From the IMG/VR virus record IMGVR_UViG_3300037418_000950: a stretch of 64,000 nucleotides of DNA; one strand, 5' to 3'. The DNA comes from a virus. Taxonomy: Duplodnaviria; Heunggongvirae; Uroviricota; Caudoviricetes. Under the pieces are notes generated by a model that had not been told where the DNA came from, searched no databases, and saw only the letters and a list, made by a program, of their open reading frames with translations. Both the position numbers and the translations under genes were made by a program. Below are positions 43,160-52,815 of the stretch, one piece after another (position 1 is the first letter of the stretch; the number at the start of each line of letters is the position of its first letter).

Positions 43160-43515
43160 TTGGCGTAGAATTCTTCAGGCACGGAGTTGGGAATGATGAC
43201 TTCCTTGATACCCGCCTGAATGATTTGAACCGCACATCGTTCGCAAGGATACATCGTGCAATAGAGACGATACCCGCGCACAGGTTCGTGTGCCGCGAGG
43301 ATGGCATTTATTTCAGCATGGATGGTGTACTTGAGTTTGGTTTCGCGATCATGGACGGTTGAATCGTTCATGCCGCGCGGGTACCCATTGTATCCCGTCG
43401 AAGCGATGGTATTGTCTGGACGAACGATTACGCAACCGACTTTCGAACTTGGGTCCTTGGACCAAGTTGCAATCAAGGCCGCCACATCAAGAAAGCGTCT
43501 ATCCCAATTGGTCAT
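43090..43515 (-). CDS. dCMP deaminase
   Basis: 141 aa; HAEINAI and PCERCA zinc-binding motifs of the cytidine/deoxycytidylate deaminase family. Confidence 0.85.
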   Translation of the reverse strand: MTNWDRRFLDVAALIATWSKDPSSKVGCVIVRPDNTIASTGYNGYPRGMNDSTVHDRETKLKYTIHAEINAILAAHEPVRGYRLYCTMYPCERCAVQIIQAGIKEVIIPNSVPEEFYAKWKDNIETALSMFKEAQVPFWKV

Positions 43516-43674
43516 ATCAATATTGATTGAACACCCCGTTTAATCGTTCATCTTGGTACTGCGCCCGAATTTCTTTTTCATTGGCTTTGTACTGTTCGTA
43601 TGTAATTTCACCGTTGTCCAACATTTCGTCCAGACGGGCCATTTCCTTGTCAAACCAGTCATCGAGATTCATTG

Positions 43675-43926
43675 TTACCACCGCATCCAACTTTTCAACC
43701 AGTCGAGTTTAATTCGAATACGCCCATACCAAGTGGTGTCATCGGGCTTTTCGGATGGAATAAATCCCGAGTCCATGCCAGCATGTTCGAAGTTCTTGAG
43801 CCAATCCTGTTCCCGCGACAGGCGGGCGTCGAATTCCTCGGGTGTCTCACCCCAACCAAGCTCCTTCCACCGCTTCATCTGTTCAGGTGTGAGTTTGACG
43901 GGTTTGTCTTTATCGTCGGGTGTCAT
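43675..43926 (-). CDS. hypothetical protein
   Basis: 83 aa ORF. Confidence 0.35.
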   Translation of the reverse strand: MTPDDKDKPVKLTPEQMKRWKELGWGETPEEFDARLSREQDWLKNFEHAGMDSGFIPSEKPDDTTWYGRIRIKLDWLKSWMRW

Positions 43927-44572
43927 TTATATCTTCCCAAATTGTTGCGGCTTGTTTCAGAGGATCGTTTGCTTTCCAAATCGCTGAACCGATGACGATT
44001 TGATCAGCGCCTTTCTGAAACGCTTCATAAGGGTTCATGGTGTACGCATGACTGTCATCCGACTGAGAAGTGAAACGGATGCCAGGAACAATCTTTTTCA
44101 ATCTTCGCGGAAGCGTCATATGTAAACAGCTTGGGGCGACGACCGCTGCATTGAAGCCGCGGCAGTCAGCAAATTCATCGCCGCCAAATTCAGCCCAATG
44201 ACGTTCGGCATCTTTAACGTCACCGTTGCTACTCAGATGCACGACGGCGACCAATTCTGTGAAATGGGAAAGTTTGTCTACGTCCTGTTTGGACAGTGCG
44301 TCATAACGAACCGTGATGTACTTAAAGGCTCGGTCTTCGGTCAAATGTAAAATGGTGTTCCGAACCGTGCTTGGAACATCCCACAGTTTCAAGTCAAGGA
44401 AGATATCCTTGTGCATTGCCCGAATGTATTTCACCACGGCCCAAAAGTATTGTGATGAATAGAGCATATGCCCAAGTTTATATACGTCGGTAAACGGGTC
44501 CATGGCTTCCACCATCTTGATCGCTTCCCGTTCGCTTGTGGTGTCAATCGCAATGATCATTTTGTCATTCAT
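43910..44572 (-). CDS. orotidine-5'-phosphate decarboxylase (PyrF) homolog
   Basis: 220 aa; IIAIDT, DVYKLGH, DIFLDLKLWDVPSTV, KIVPGIRF, DQIVIGSAI align block-for-block with E. coli PyrF (VVVALD, CRLKVGK, DIFLDLKFHDIPNT, LVTPGIR, DYMVIGRPV). Confidence 0.65.
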   Translation of the reverse strand: MNDKMIIAIDTTSEREAIKMVEAMDPFTDVYKLGHMLYSSQYFWAVVKYIRAMHKDIFLDLKLWDVPSTVRNTILHLTEDRAFKYITVRYDALSKQDVDKLSHFTELVAVVHLSSNGDVKDAERHWAEFGGDEFADCRGFNAAVVAPSCLHMTLPRRLKKIVPGIRFTSQSDDSHAYTMNPYEAFQKGADQIVIGSAIWKANDPLKQAATIWEDINDTRR

Positions 44573-44862
44573 TTTGGCAGACTCGGAGTTGCGGTGAAGG
44601 TCGTCTCAACATGAGCATGAAGAAAGTCGTCCATCACCAACGGTACGGTCACGTACACGTCGAGGACAAACTTGTGGGCATCCACTTCCTTGACGGTATT
44701 GTTAGTACCGTCGCAGATGGTCTTCCACTTCACATCAAAATAGGGAGCGTATTTGTCGGCAAGCTCTTTGACAACTTTGTCAACTTGAGACTTGACCTGT
44801 TGCTGTAGTATAGCAGATTCCAGCTTAAAAACAATCGAAATCAGGCCATCGGTTGTGCTCAT
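44569..44862 (-). CDS. hypothetical protein
   Basis: 97 aa ORF. Confidence 0.4.
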   Translation of the reverse strand: MSTTDGLISIVFKLESAILQQQVKSQVDKVVKELADKYAPYFDVKWKTICDGTNNTVKEVDAHKFVLDVYVTVPLVMDDFLHAHVETTFTATPSLPK

Positions 44863-45566
44863 TCTATTTTATCCATATAAAACATAGTTCCATCATCTAA
44901 CATCCGTTTGATTACTCGTCTATGCACCCCTAACAGACGGCTTGCTTCTCGGAAAGACCGATATACCACAGTTCCATCAGTAATCTTTTTACTAAAAGGA
45001 TTCGCTTCGATCATTGTGTCTATATTGACTACAGCTTTTCGATTTTGACTAATAAGTTGTAGGCTTTCCTTAGTATGTTTCTTACCATACATACCATTAT
45101 TTTCTGGGTCACACTGTCCCCGTTGGCGTCGCGTGGCCACCATTTTGTCCGTTTGCTCTTTGGATTTTCGCTTCTTCCAATGAACAGACTTTTCGCCAGA
45201 CACATTTTCGATCATAGCTTTCCTATGAATCTGATATAGGCGCGAACTATATCGATTAGGATGTAATTCGCTTTTGGCCATTGAGAAAAAAGCATAAGTC
45301 ATCTTATAAATGTGCCGTTGGTCTATGCACATCTTGGGTAATAACAGATGACAAATATAATGTTCTCGTGGAGTTAGGAGAACCAAATTTCTCTTGTCGT
45401 TGCTCCCCCCAAGAGATTTTGGTATAACGTGGTGTCTTTCATAAACTCCACCGTCGCCTTTCTGACGATCCTGTCTTTGAGCGTAATCGATGATAGCGAA
45501 ATACCAAGTATAATACTTACCTTGCTTAAACACAGACAATTTTCCTTTTTGTCTGTATTTAGGCAT
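44859..45566 (-). CDS. HNH homing endonuclease
   Basis: 235 aa; ERHHVIPKSLGGSNDKRNLVLLTPREHYICH core plus basic C-terminal region. Confidence 0.7.
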   Translation of the reverse strand: MPKYRQKGKLSVFKQGKYYTWYFAIIDYAQRQDRQKGDGGVYERHHVIPKSLGGSNDKRNLVLLTPREHYICHLLLPKMCIDQRHIYKMTYAFFSMAKSELHPNRYSSRLYQIHRKAMIENVSGEKSVHWKKRKSKEQTDKMVATRRQRGQCDPENNGMYGKKHTKESLQLISQNRKAVVNIDTMIEANPFSKKITDGTVVYRSFREASRLLGVHRRVIKRMLDDGTMFYMDKIE

Positions 45567-45589
45567 TAGTAGAACTTGACGGCCCTATC

Positions 45590-46204
45590 TCACGAGTTCA
45601 GTTTGTCCAACAACACTTGGGCTTTCTTCGGCAGCGTGAAATCGGCAACCTTCACGTCATGGTCGAAGACTGCGATGCTATCGCTTGCTCGCGCCTGTAG
45701 ATAGCGATTGGCAGGAACGGTATTCTGTTCGTTCAAGCGCCAGACATAGGCAGAAATAGCGGCATACCATTTGCCGTCTTCTTCGATAGTGACAGCCCAA
45801 ATTTCATGGGCGGCGAGGCCAGCAAAAGCTTCGGCATCGGCACAGACGCGCGTGTCTTGCTTCTCAAGTTTATAGGTATATTTCAATTCAGTTTCTCCAT
45901 TTTGGATTGTAGCAATAAATTCAGGACTTGGGGGAGCCATAGGTGAACCCCCATCCATTGATGTGGTGTCTTCCCATTTATAAGTAGCAGGTTCAGCAAG
46001 AGATACAGGTTCAAACTCGCCTGTGCCACCAGATGTTACTGTTGGGAAAACAGTTTTTTCCCCAGCGACATTAGTCATGGTGATACCATCAGGTGTCACT
46101 TCAACCGACCCTGATTCAGGATGTGTTAAAGTGATTTTAGGAGGTGTATGATCAATTTCTATAGATGGTTTGGTCGTATCGATTACTCGTTTGTCGTCAG
46201 TCAT
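45590..46204 (-). CDS. hypothetical protein
   Basis: Start at MTDDKRVID (internal Met) to avoid a 119-nt overlap with thyX. Confidence 0.45.
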   Translation of the reverse strand: MTDDKRVIDTTKPSIEIDHTPPKITLTHPESGSVEVTPDGITMTNVAGEKTVFPTVTSGGTGEFEPVSLAEPATYKWEDTTSMDGGSPMAPPSPEFIATIQNGETELKYTYKLEKQDTRVCADAEAFAGLAAHEIWAVTIEEDGKWYAAISAYVWRLNEQNTVPANRYLQARASDSIAVFDHDVKVADFTLPKKAQVLLDKLNS

Positions 46205-46922
46205 AGCATTCCTCCAAAATAACTTCGAACATTTCTTGATAACGAATTGATAACTTCTCGATATCCAACCCCCTGAAAAACGAGAATTGGTCTTGGATGA
46301 TTCTCCAACATTCATGAGCTATTTCGCGATGCTCCTTTTGGGTTCCAGGATGACAACGCACCAGACAATAATGAAACCATGATCGCAGGGAGCCTTTCAT
46401 ATACATAGTGCTCGGGGTCAACCCCTCGGGTAAGACGGCACGGGCTTGTTCTTTGGCAATATCGAGTGAGATAGCCTCTTTGTAGATCGCGGCCGCTTTA
46501 TCGTAAACTTGCCATTGCATCCTATTCCAACGATCTTCTAAAAATTGATCCTTGGTAGGTATAGAGTTTTGTCGATTGTGTTTATCTTGCAGGCGACATT
46601 CGCGAACCTGCATGTTATCATCGCAGACTTCGACTTCGGCATAGCGTTGGCTGAACTCTTGGAATGAGAAGGATCGGTGCCGCAGAATCTGGCGACCGAT
46701 ATCGCGCGTTGTTTTTATCTCCATAGTCAAGTCCACCATTTCAAAGGGTGAGACGTGTGACTTCTTTAGGAGATACTGAATAAGCTTTTCAGATGTTTCG
46801 AAATTTGTCTGATTGACAGGGTTAGAAACGCGCGCCGTGTAAGAGATAAGTTCTTCGGTTGTCTGCGGATCATCATCAGTATAGGTAAACGGTTCAGTCT
46901 TACTTCTTAGGATAACTTTCAA
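46197..46922 (-). CDS. thyX: flavin-dependent thymidylate synthase
   Basis: 241 aa; RHRSFSFQEFSQRY ThyX signature (RHR...S.R.Y). Confidence 0.85.
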   Translation of the reverse strand: MKVILRSKTEPFTYTDDDPQTTEELISYTARVSNPVNQTNFETSEKLIQYLLKKSHVSPFEMVDLTMEIKTTRDIGRQILRHRSFSFQEFSQRYAEVEVCDDNMQVRECRLQDKHNRQNSIPTKDQFLEDRWNRMQWQVYDKAAAIYKEAISLDIAKEQARAVLPEGLTPSTMYMKGSLRSWFHYCLVRCHPGTQKEHREIAHECWRIIQDQFSFFRGLDIEKLSIRYQEMFEVILEECYD

Positions 46923-47130
46923 GTTGTTTTCTCATTTCTTCAATCAATAAAACTTGCATCATAATCAAATCAGACCATAGGTTTTCTTTGTAATTTTTGG
47001 CGAACCATTTGGCGCACGAGATAAGATCACCGTTGAACTCGGTATGAAGACGAATTTCAATCGGAATATGTTTCGGTTTGGGTTCGGTGGGAGGTGCAGG
47101 GGTTTTCCATATCCAATCAAGCATTGTCAC
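46900..47130 (-). CDS. hypothetical protein
   Basis: 76 aa ORF. Confidence 0.35.
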   Translation of the reverse strand: MTMLDWIWKTPAPPTEPKPKHIPIEIRLHTEFNGDLISCAKWFAKNYKENLWSDLIMMQVLLIEEMRKQLESYPKK

Positions 47131-48136
47131 GTCTCCAGCTATTTAGTTTGAGATTGGCGTAGTGTCCGTCAAATGTATTTTCATCAATGAGGGCATTGAT
47201 CCAGGACGCGTTTTCGCCGCCAAGAATGCCGTCATTGATATCCTTGAATTCCCAATCAGGGGGCCAGATAACGACCTTCCAACCGTACTGAATAGCCTTG
47301 GCTACGTTCAGAACGATTTCATGATTGCGGGGTTCGTTGTCGAAAATGATAACGCCGTTCTCACGCGAACAGCCGAGACTGTTCAGGACCGACAGAACGT
47401 CGGACCCACATGCTGCCATAGCGTTATCGATGAACATGGAATCGAAGGGACCTTCGAACACGTAGTAACGACGGTTGAAGTCCACTTTGTCAACATTATA
47501 CGCTTTTGGTTGGCTTTCGTCAAGTATAATACTAAGATACCTGATTTCGTCTTTTTCTAACAGCGCCCTACCTTGAAACCCGAATAGGTCACCGTTGCGG
47601 TTGAAAAACGGGATAACGATCTTGGGTACCGCATGGGCATTAGACTTGAGCTTGTCGGGTAGGAAACTATTCACATAGGCTCGATAATCGTCACAGAAGA
47701 ATAGCTGTGCGATGCGAGCTTCGGGGAGTTTACGACCCAATAGGTAGCGGTGCGCCATGTGTGTCTTGGGTAGGTCCGAGACGCGCTTGAGGGCTTTCAG
47801 GCCATCGGCAACGTCTACCTTCTTGACTTGGGGGATGTAGGTATTGGCGGGGATGTGACCGCGTTCGGCAATGCTTTCCTTGACCATATCATAGTAGATG
47901 GTCGGTTCCAATTCCTGGAGAAGCTTTTCGAAACGTCGGGATGCGCCGCAATTGTGGCAGTGGAATATGTAATTGCCATTGTATTGGTAGATATAACCTC
48001 GCGCTTTCGATTTGGACTTTTCAGAGTCGCCGCATAGGGGGCATCTGCAATTAAATAGATTAGACGACTTCTGCGTAAAATTTTCTAAGCGATTAGATAA
48101 CAATATTATATATTTATGTTGTAACCAAAGGTCCAT
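47117..48136 (-). CDS. DNA primase (zinc-finger plus TOPRIM; T4 gp61/DnaG-like)
   Basis: 339 aa; CRCPLCGDSEKS...FHCHNCG zinc ribbon; VFEGPFDSMF TOPRIM acidic motif. Confidence 0.8.
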   Translation of the reverse strand: MDLWLQHKYIILLSNRLENFTQKSSNLFNCRCPLCGDSEKSKSKARGYIYQYNGNYIFHCHNCGASRRFEKLLQELEPTIYYDMVKESIAERGHIPANTYIPQVKKVDVADGLKALKRVSDLPKTHMAHRYLLGRKLPEARIAQLFFCDDYRAYVNSFLPDKLKSNAHAVPKIVIPFFNRNGDLFGFQGRALLEKDEIRYLSIILDESQPKAYNVDKVDFNRRYYVFEGPFDSMFIDNAMAACGSDVLSVLNSLGCSRENGVIIFDNEPRNHEIVLNVAKAIQYGWKVVIWPPDWEFKDINDGILGGENASWINALIDENTFDGHYANLKLNSWRRDNA

Positions 48137-48185
48137 AAAAAACTCAGTATAAATAGTGGTGTCACAACAAAACGGGCACCGCTTA

Positions 48186-48767
48186 ATGTATTACATTTAT
48201 AAAATTACAAATACAATAACCAATAAAGCATATATTGGCTTTACACATGATCCCAAAGAAAGATGGTCAAATCACCGAACAGATTATAAACGAATAAATC
48301 GACCATTATACAATTCTATGAAAAAACATGGGCGCGATGTTTTTACATTTGAAATTATCTATGAACATGAAGATAGGCGTCATACACTTGTTGAAATGGA
48401 GCCTTATTACATTGAGCTATATGATTCATACAACAATGGATATAACTGTAACAGAGGAGGATTAGATACTAATACAGACGAAATGCGCCGTAATACGTCA
48501 AATCGAATGAAAACAAACAATCCAATGAAAATTCTTCGGACAAATAAAGGATCATTTAAGAAAGGAGAAAGTCGCGGACCAGATTCAGAAATCACTCGCG
48601 AAAAAAAGCGAGTAACAAAATTAGGAACCAACAATCCTAATTTTGGGAACCCAAATGCAGGCGCACATCTTAAAATCAAGCGTGCATGTTCCAAGTGCGG
48701 AACTATTACCACACCTGGAAATCTAAAAAGATGGCATGAAGAAAATTGCCAACATCGTAAATTATGA
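48186..48767 (+). CDS. GIY-YIG homing endonuclease
   Basis: MYYIYKITNTITNKAYIGFT GIY-YIG, Asn/Lys-rich NUMOD-like C-terminus; the ORF track extends it to a GTG at 48156. Confidence 0.8.
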   Translation: MYYIYKITNTITNKAYIGFTHDPKERWSNHRTDYKRINRPLYNSMKKHGRDVFTFEIIYEHEDRRHTLVEMEPYYIELYDSYNNGYNCNRGGLDTNTDEMRRNTSNRMKTNNPMKILRTNKGSFKKGESRGPDSEITREKKRVTKLGTNNPNFGNPNAGAHLKIKRACSKCGTITTPGNLKRWHEENCQHRKL

Positions 48768-48802
48768 AGGTATTATAGCTCAAAATGGTAAAAAAGTAAA
48801 TC

Positions 48803-48985
48803 TTAAAAATCAGGTTTTAGGTCCACGGCGTTGACTTCGGAATCTTCCGAGTTCGCGCAAACGCGTCCTAACGAGATTATCTTGAGCTTCAAACGTTCTT
48901 TGGCTTTCTTAAAACGATTGTACTGATCTTGAAGTTTGGGATTTTCAGATGGTAGTTCATCAATCAGTTTGTCGAGCTTTTGCAT
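48803..48985 (-). CDS. hypothetical protein
   Basis: 60 aa ORF. Confidence 0.35.
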   Translation of the reverse strand: MQKLDKLIDELPSENPKLQDQYNRFKKAKERLKLKIISLGRVCANSEDSEVNAVDLKPDF

Positions 48986-49305
48986 TACTTCTTTCCGTTT
49001 TGTAGAAGAATCAACTGTAACGTGTTGATCTTTTCCGTTAACGCCGTCATCGTTTTGGTAGAAGTCTCTAACATATCGTAAGTCATATCGTCGTTACGTG
49101 AGACTATCTTTCGCCATTCCTCTTGTTGCGTCTTGATAACTTCCGCAACCTTATCTGCATACACGTCCATTCGCTTGTCCATAACCTTGATGCGCCATAA
49201 TGTAAAAGCAATTGCCATACAAGCTACGATCCATCCGCCAGCTTCGGCGGGATTGTCCAGCCCGAAATACTTTAGGAGCGCAATGGCATCAGCGATGTAA
49301 TCCAT
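48985..49305 (-). CDS. hypothetical membrane protein
   Basis: 106 aa; hydrophobic segment GGWIVACMAIAFTLW. Confidence 0.4.
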   Translation of the reverse strand: MDYIADAIALLKYFGLDNPAEAGGWIVACMAIAFTLWRIKVMDKRMDVYADKVAEVIKTQQEEWRKIVSRNDDMTYDMLETSTKTMTALTEKINTLQLILLQNGKK

Positions 49306-49541
49306 TTCCTTTTCTTCTTCTTTCCGCTTCTGCGGAGTCCTATATCGAGGCCCGCAATATTACCTTGACCCACATTATTTACAGGGACGGCACCACCGCC
49401 TCCCATACCAACATCTTCCGCGAGTTTCATAGCTTCCTTAAGTGTCGAAGTTCTCGCAACGACTCGGGCATACTTGATTGGACCTTGTTCATAGGTCTTA
49501 AAGACTGCGAAGCCTTCATCAAGTTCTACAACGTGCTTCAT
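49272..49541 (-). CDS. hypothetical protein
   Basis: 89 aa ORF; poly-Lys tail may be read-through. Confidence 0.3.
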   Translation of the reverse strand: MKHVVELDEGFAVFKTYEQGPIKYARVVARTSTLKEAMKLAEDVGMGGGGAVPVNNVGQGNIAGLDIGLRRSGKKKKRKWITSLMPLRS

Positions 49542-49939
49542 AGCGCCCGTAATCTTTCTGTTATAGTAATATCCAGCGAATAATCGTCTGTATAATACAA
49601 GGTATTTGCCGTCCCGATGTTAACAAAGGTCTCGGGTAGGATATTAAGCAGAATGAGAAATGGTTTGACCAATGTGAATTGGTCCTTCAGTTTCAAGAAT
49701 ATTATTCGGGGTGTATGCACTGGCCCGAATACATTGTTGAGAACGATAATATGATTGAGTATCAGCCGTTCTCGTAACTCGCCTGTTTGTTCATAACGAG
49801 TGAATAGCTTCTTGATATACTTGATCCTGTTCAGATCGGTATAGAATTCTTCATCATCAACATAGTGTCGTCGGTCATAATGGGATGCACAATAGAGAAG
49901 GAAATTGTCATCAGTCAAAAGTTCACTACAAGCTTGCAT
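49538..49939 (-). CDS. hypothetical protein
   Basis: 133 aa ORF. Confidence 0.4.
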   Translation of the reverse strand: MQACSELLTDDNFLLYCASHYDRRHYVDDEEFYTDLNRIKYIKKLFTRYEQTGELRERLILNHIIVLNNVFGPVHTPRIIFLKLKDQFTLVKPFLILLNILPETFVNIGTANTLYYTDDYSLDITITERLRAL

Positions 49940-50292
49940 TAAAAGTCCGAAAGGATAGCCCTCTTAATGCCCGTCGTGCAGACCACATAAATGTAGCCAT
50001 CATCAACCCACATTTGTCCGACGCTAAGGCCATTGGCCGAATTGCTTGCTGGTGTCGAATGGGATGACAGCAAGACAGTATTCGATGACACAATGGTAGC
50101 CTGAATGGTGTTGGATGTGATGGTATTCGACGTGATGTTCGCCGTGAGTTGGGCGACCGTCGCGTGTTTGGTGATAAAAGGTTCGGTTGCGCCGTTAGCG
50201 GTATTGGCGCTGAGAATCATCAGCGCGTCTACGGCCTTGGGAGCCGTACACGCCTGATAAGCTGAAACCTTCTGTGCAGTATTTGCAGCCAT
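49939..50292 (-). CDS. hypothetical Thr/Ser/Asn-rich protein (structural-like)
   Basis: 117 aa; low-complexity T/S/N-rich with ITSNTITSNTI. Confidence 0.4.
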   Translation of the reverse strand: MAANTAQKVSAYQACTAPKAVDALMILSANTANGATEPFITKHATVAQLTANITSNTITSNTIQATIVSSNTVLLSSHSTPASNSANGLSVGQMWVDDGYIYVVCTTGIKRAILSDF

Positions 50293-50307
50293 GATTTAAT
50301 CCTAGCC

Positions 50308-51162
50308 TTAGCTATTTGGCAGAATTGAATCGTCGCTACCGTCTGATGTGGGTTCGCCCGCAACGAGAACTTCGTAGTGAACGCGACCCGCGCGCCCGCC
50401 TGTGCCCACTGTGCGCTTTACCCAACCTGTATGAGGTATGCCCTTGCGTTGGTGATTACCAAACGTCACGGCCATTGTCAGACCCGTACCCGAGCCGTTC
50501 GCACCGTCTGCACCAATCATCGATGTGATGTTGGTTGGAACTACCGAGTAGCTACCAGGATCAACAATTGATAGGGTATCAACACCCATTGTAAGCGTCG
50601 CTTGCGCGCCGTTGGCCGAAGCGTTGGCGACTGTGACGTTCTTAAGATCACAGTTGGCCAGAGTAGGATTGGTTGTGAAGACACCATTGGTCGTCAAGGC
50701 CAGCGAGGCAATCGAGGTGTTCGACGCGCCCGTGGTGACCGTAAAGACGGCGTTAGTCGTCATCGTGCCATTATTGACGGTAACCGTATCGTTGTTGGCG
50801 TAACCTGTGCCCAGATGACCCGCCAAAATCGTCACCGTGCGAACACGCGTTGTGGTAACTTGAAACTTTGCGGGTGACGAGAATGTAGCGCCCGCGGCGT
50901 TGGCTGTGATTTGATCGCCTGGAACGTAAGAACCACCTGAACCGTGGTTATTAGCGGCAACCGCCGACGCAAGAATAGACCCAACCGCAATTTCGGTATC
51001 ATCTACTGCATAGACACCAACCGTTTGACCTGTGAAGAAGGCATCTGCCGTTGTGTTACCGTATGCTGCGTTACGATTTGCCGTATTTGGGGTTTTGTTC
51101 AACTGTGCGCTAATGGAAATAGGCGCTCCATTAGCGTCGTCAGTCATTGTCCATAATGGCAT
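50308..51162 (-). CDS. hypothetical Thr/Ala/Asn/Gly-rich beta-rich protein (virion/fibre-like)
   Basis: 284 aa; composition typical of Ig-like or fibre domains. Confidence 0.45.
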   Translation of the reverse strand: MPLWTMTDDANGAPISISAQLNKTPNTANRNAAYGNTTADAFFTGQTVGVYAVDDTEIAVGSILASAVAANNHGSGGSYVPGDQITANAAGATFSSPAKFQVTTTRVRTVTILAGHLGTGYANNDTVTVNNGTMTTNAVFTVTTGASNTSIASLALTTNGVFTTNPTLANCDLKNVTVANASANGAQATLTMGVDTLSIVDPGSYSVVPTNITSMIGADGANGSGTGLTMAVTFGNHQRKGIPHTGWVKRTVGTGGRAGRVHYEVLVAGEPTSDGSDDSILPNS

Positions 51163-51228
51163 TCGTTAGTATCCTTTTTTATTATTATTGGGGACGTTGC
51201 CCGTAGTCTTTTTAGTATTTAGTAGCAA

Positions 51229-51726
51229 TCAACCGTCAGTGTCATTCATGTATTTTTTGACTTTTCTGACAGCCTTCTTACCCACAACTTTGGCTTTCTT
51301 CATAGTCTTAGCGCCAGCCCATTCTTGAAGAAGCTCGATAACGTCGTCTTCTTCATAAGTTTCCATCATGTAATCGACGAATTCGAGAAATCGTTCTTCG
51401 GTCATGTAGATTTCGGTCGGATCGAAGTCTTCCTTGGTGAAACTCTTTTCAACGCGGTCTTTGAGACCTTTATGGAGCTTCTTGACGCGGTCTATAAGAT
51501 TGTGGTGGACAGACTTAGGTTTCGAACCCGTCATGCCCGCGATCATCTTCTTACCAGCTTTGTGTGCAGCACGCTTTTCTCTGTGCTTCATGGCGCGGTC
51601 ATAGCCCGCGAGTGAGGCATAGCCACCAATGGTGGCAGCGACCGTCGCATGAACGTCGGGGTCGGCTGCCAAGCTGGCAAGGTGATGTAAATGCCCAATG
51701 TCTTCCTTCAATATTCTCTTTTTCAA
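51229..51726 (-). CDS. hypothetical protein
   Basis: 165 aa Lys-rich ORF. Confidence 0.4.
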   Translation of the reverse strand: MKKRILKEDIGHLHHLASLAADPDVHATVAATIGGYASLAGYDRAMKHREKRAAHKAGKKMIAGMTGSKPKSVHHNLIDRVKKLHKGLKDRVEKSFTKEDFDPTEIYMTEERFLEFVDYMMETYEEDDVIELLQEWAGAKTMKKAKVVGKKAVRKVKKYMNDTDG

Positions 51727-51741
51727 TTTACTATCCTTTCC

Positions 51742-52815
51742 TTAGTCAGCACGATATTTTTTTAGTCTGTTAAATCCGTTGTGATAACGGGGTTTGGTTT
51801 TGTCATTCATGACACCATTCTTACGATTTTGAGCCTTAACCCGACCTTCTTCACGGCGTTTGGCGACTTTCAAATCCACATCACGGTCATAAACTTGACC
51901 CTGATACTTAGTGGTTTTATCGAGATAGCTATTGAGGGTCTTCTTCGACAGTTCGTTGAGTGGTTGAACGTCTTCCCTATGGTACTTTTTGTAATTACTG
52001 TATTTGCCGCCAAGACGCATTTCTGCGTTATTTATTCCATTGACGCGATTGTTCCAAACGCGGCTATTGGGTTTTGCGCCGCCTTCGCTTCTGTTGGCCT
52101 TGACCGCATAGGAGTTGAGGGTTTTCTTTGACAGTTCCGCCAAGAATTGATCGGCTTCCTCTACCGAATGTTCATAGATCAAGTCGAGGTAGAAATCCTG
52201 AAACTGTTCTTCGGTCAAATTATTTATCGCAGTGGCAAGGTCTTCTTTGTTGAGAAACTTGTCAGTTGCGCGGCGGATGCCTTTATTGCGCCGATCATAC
52301 TTGCGCGCATGGAATTTCGAGAGTGACAATTGCTTCTTGCGATACTCTTTACTGTTGCCTTTGTCTTGGGAACGATTGAATGAATCATCCGACGCATGAT
52401 ACTCAGCATCGCGACTGTCCATCGCCTTAATGAGGTAGGACTTCAAAGTTCCCTTCGACAATTCCGTCAGTGTTTCTTCCTTGACGACCTTGCCTTTTAT
52501 ATTACCATCCTTGGCAACCAGATTGCCGTCGCCATCGAGTGCCTTGGAACGATTGCGAAGGAAGCCTTTGCGACGTAGACGGCGATTTCTTTCAGTAAGA
52601 GTGTCTTCATTCACTTTCGACGCAAGGCGAGTCAAATGTTGATGAAACATACGTCCAGTTGAACCTGGAGCCGACTTGTCTTTGCGATACTTATGCTTCT
52701 TAGCATAGGTCAAAAGCGCTTCAACATCGCTGGAATGTAGAGTATGAAAATCCTTACCTTTGGTTTTTGTAGCCTTCAGGATTTCATTGGCTGTGTGTGC
52801 ATCTAATTTTGCCAT
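51742..52815 (-). CDS. hypothetical Lys-rich protein with internal repeats
   Basis: 357 aa; three copies of ELSK(K/G)TL(N/K)SY. Confidence 0.45.
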   Translation of the reverse strand: MAKLDAHTANEILKATKTKGKDFHTLHSSDVEALLTYAKKHKYRKDKSAPGSTGRMFHQHLTRLASKVNEDTLTERNRRLRRKGFLRNRSKALDGDGNLVAKDGNIKGKVVKEETLTELSKGTLKSYLIKAMDSRDAEYHASDDSFNRSQDKGNSKEYRKKQLSLSKFHARKYDRRNKGIRRATDKFLNKEDLATAINNLTEEQFQDFYLDLIYEHSVEEADQFLAELSKKTLNSYAVKANRSEGGAKPNSRVWNNRVNGINNAEMRLGGKYSNYKKYHREDVQPLNELSKKTLNSYLDKTTKYQGQVYDRDVDLKVAKRREEGRVKAQNRKNGVMNDKTKPRYHNGFNRLKKYRAD

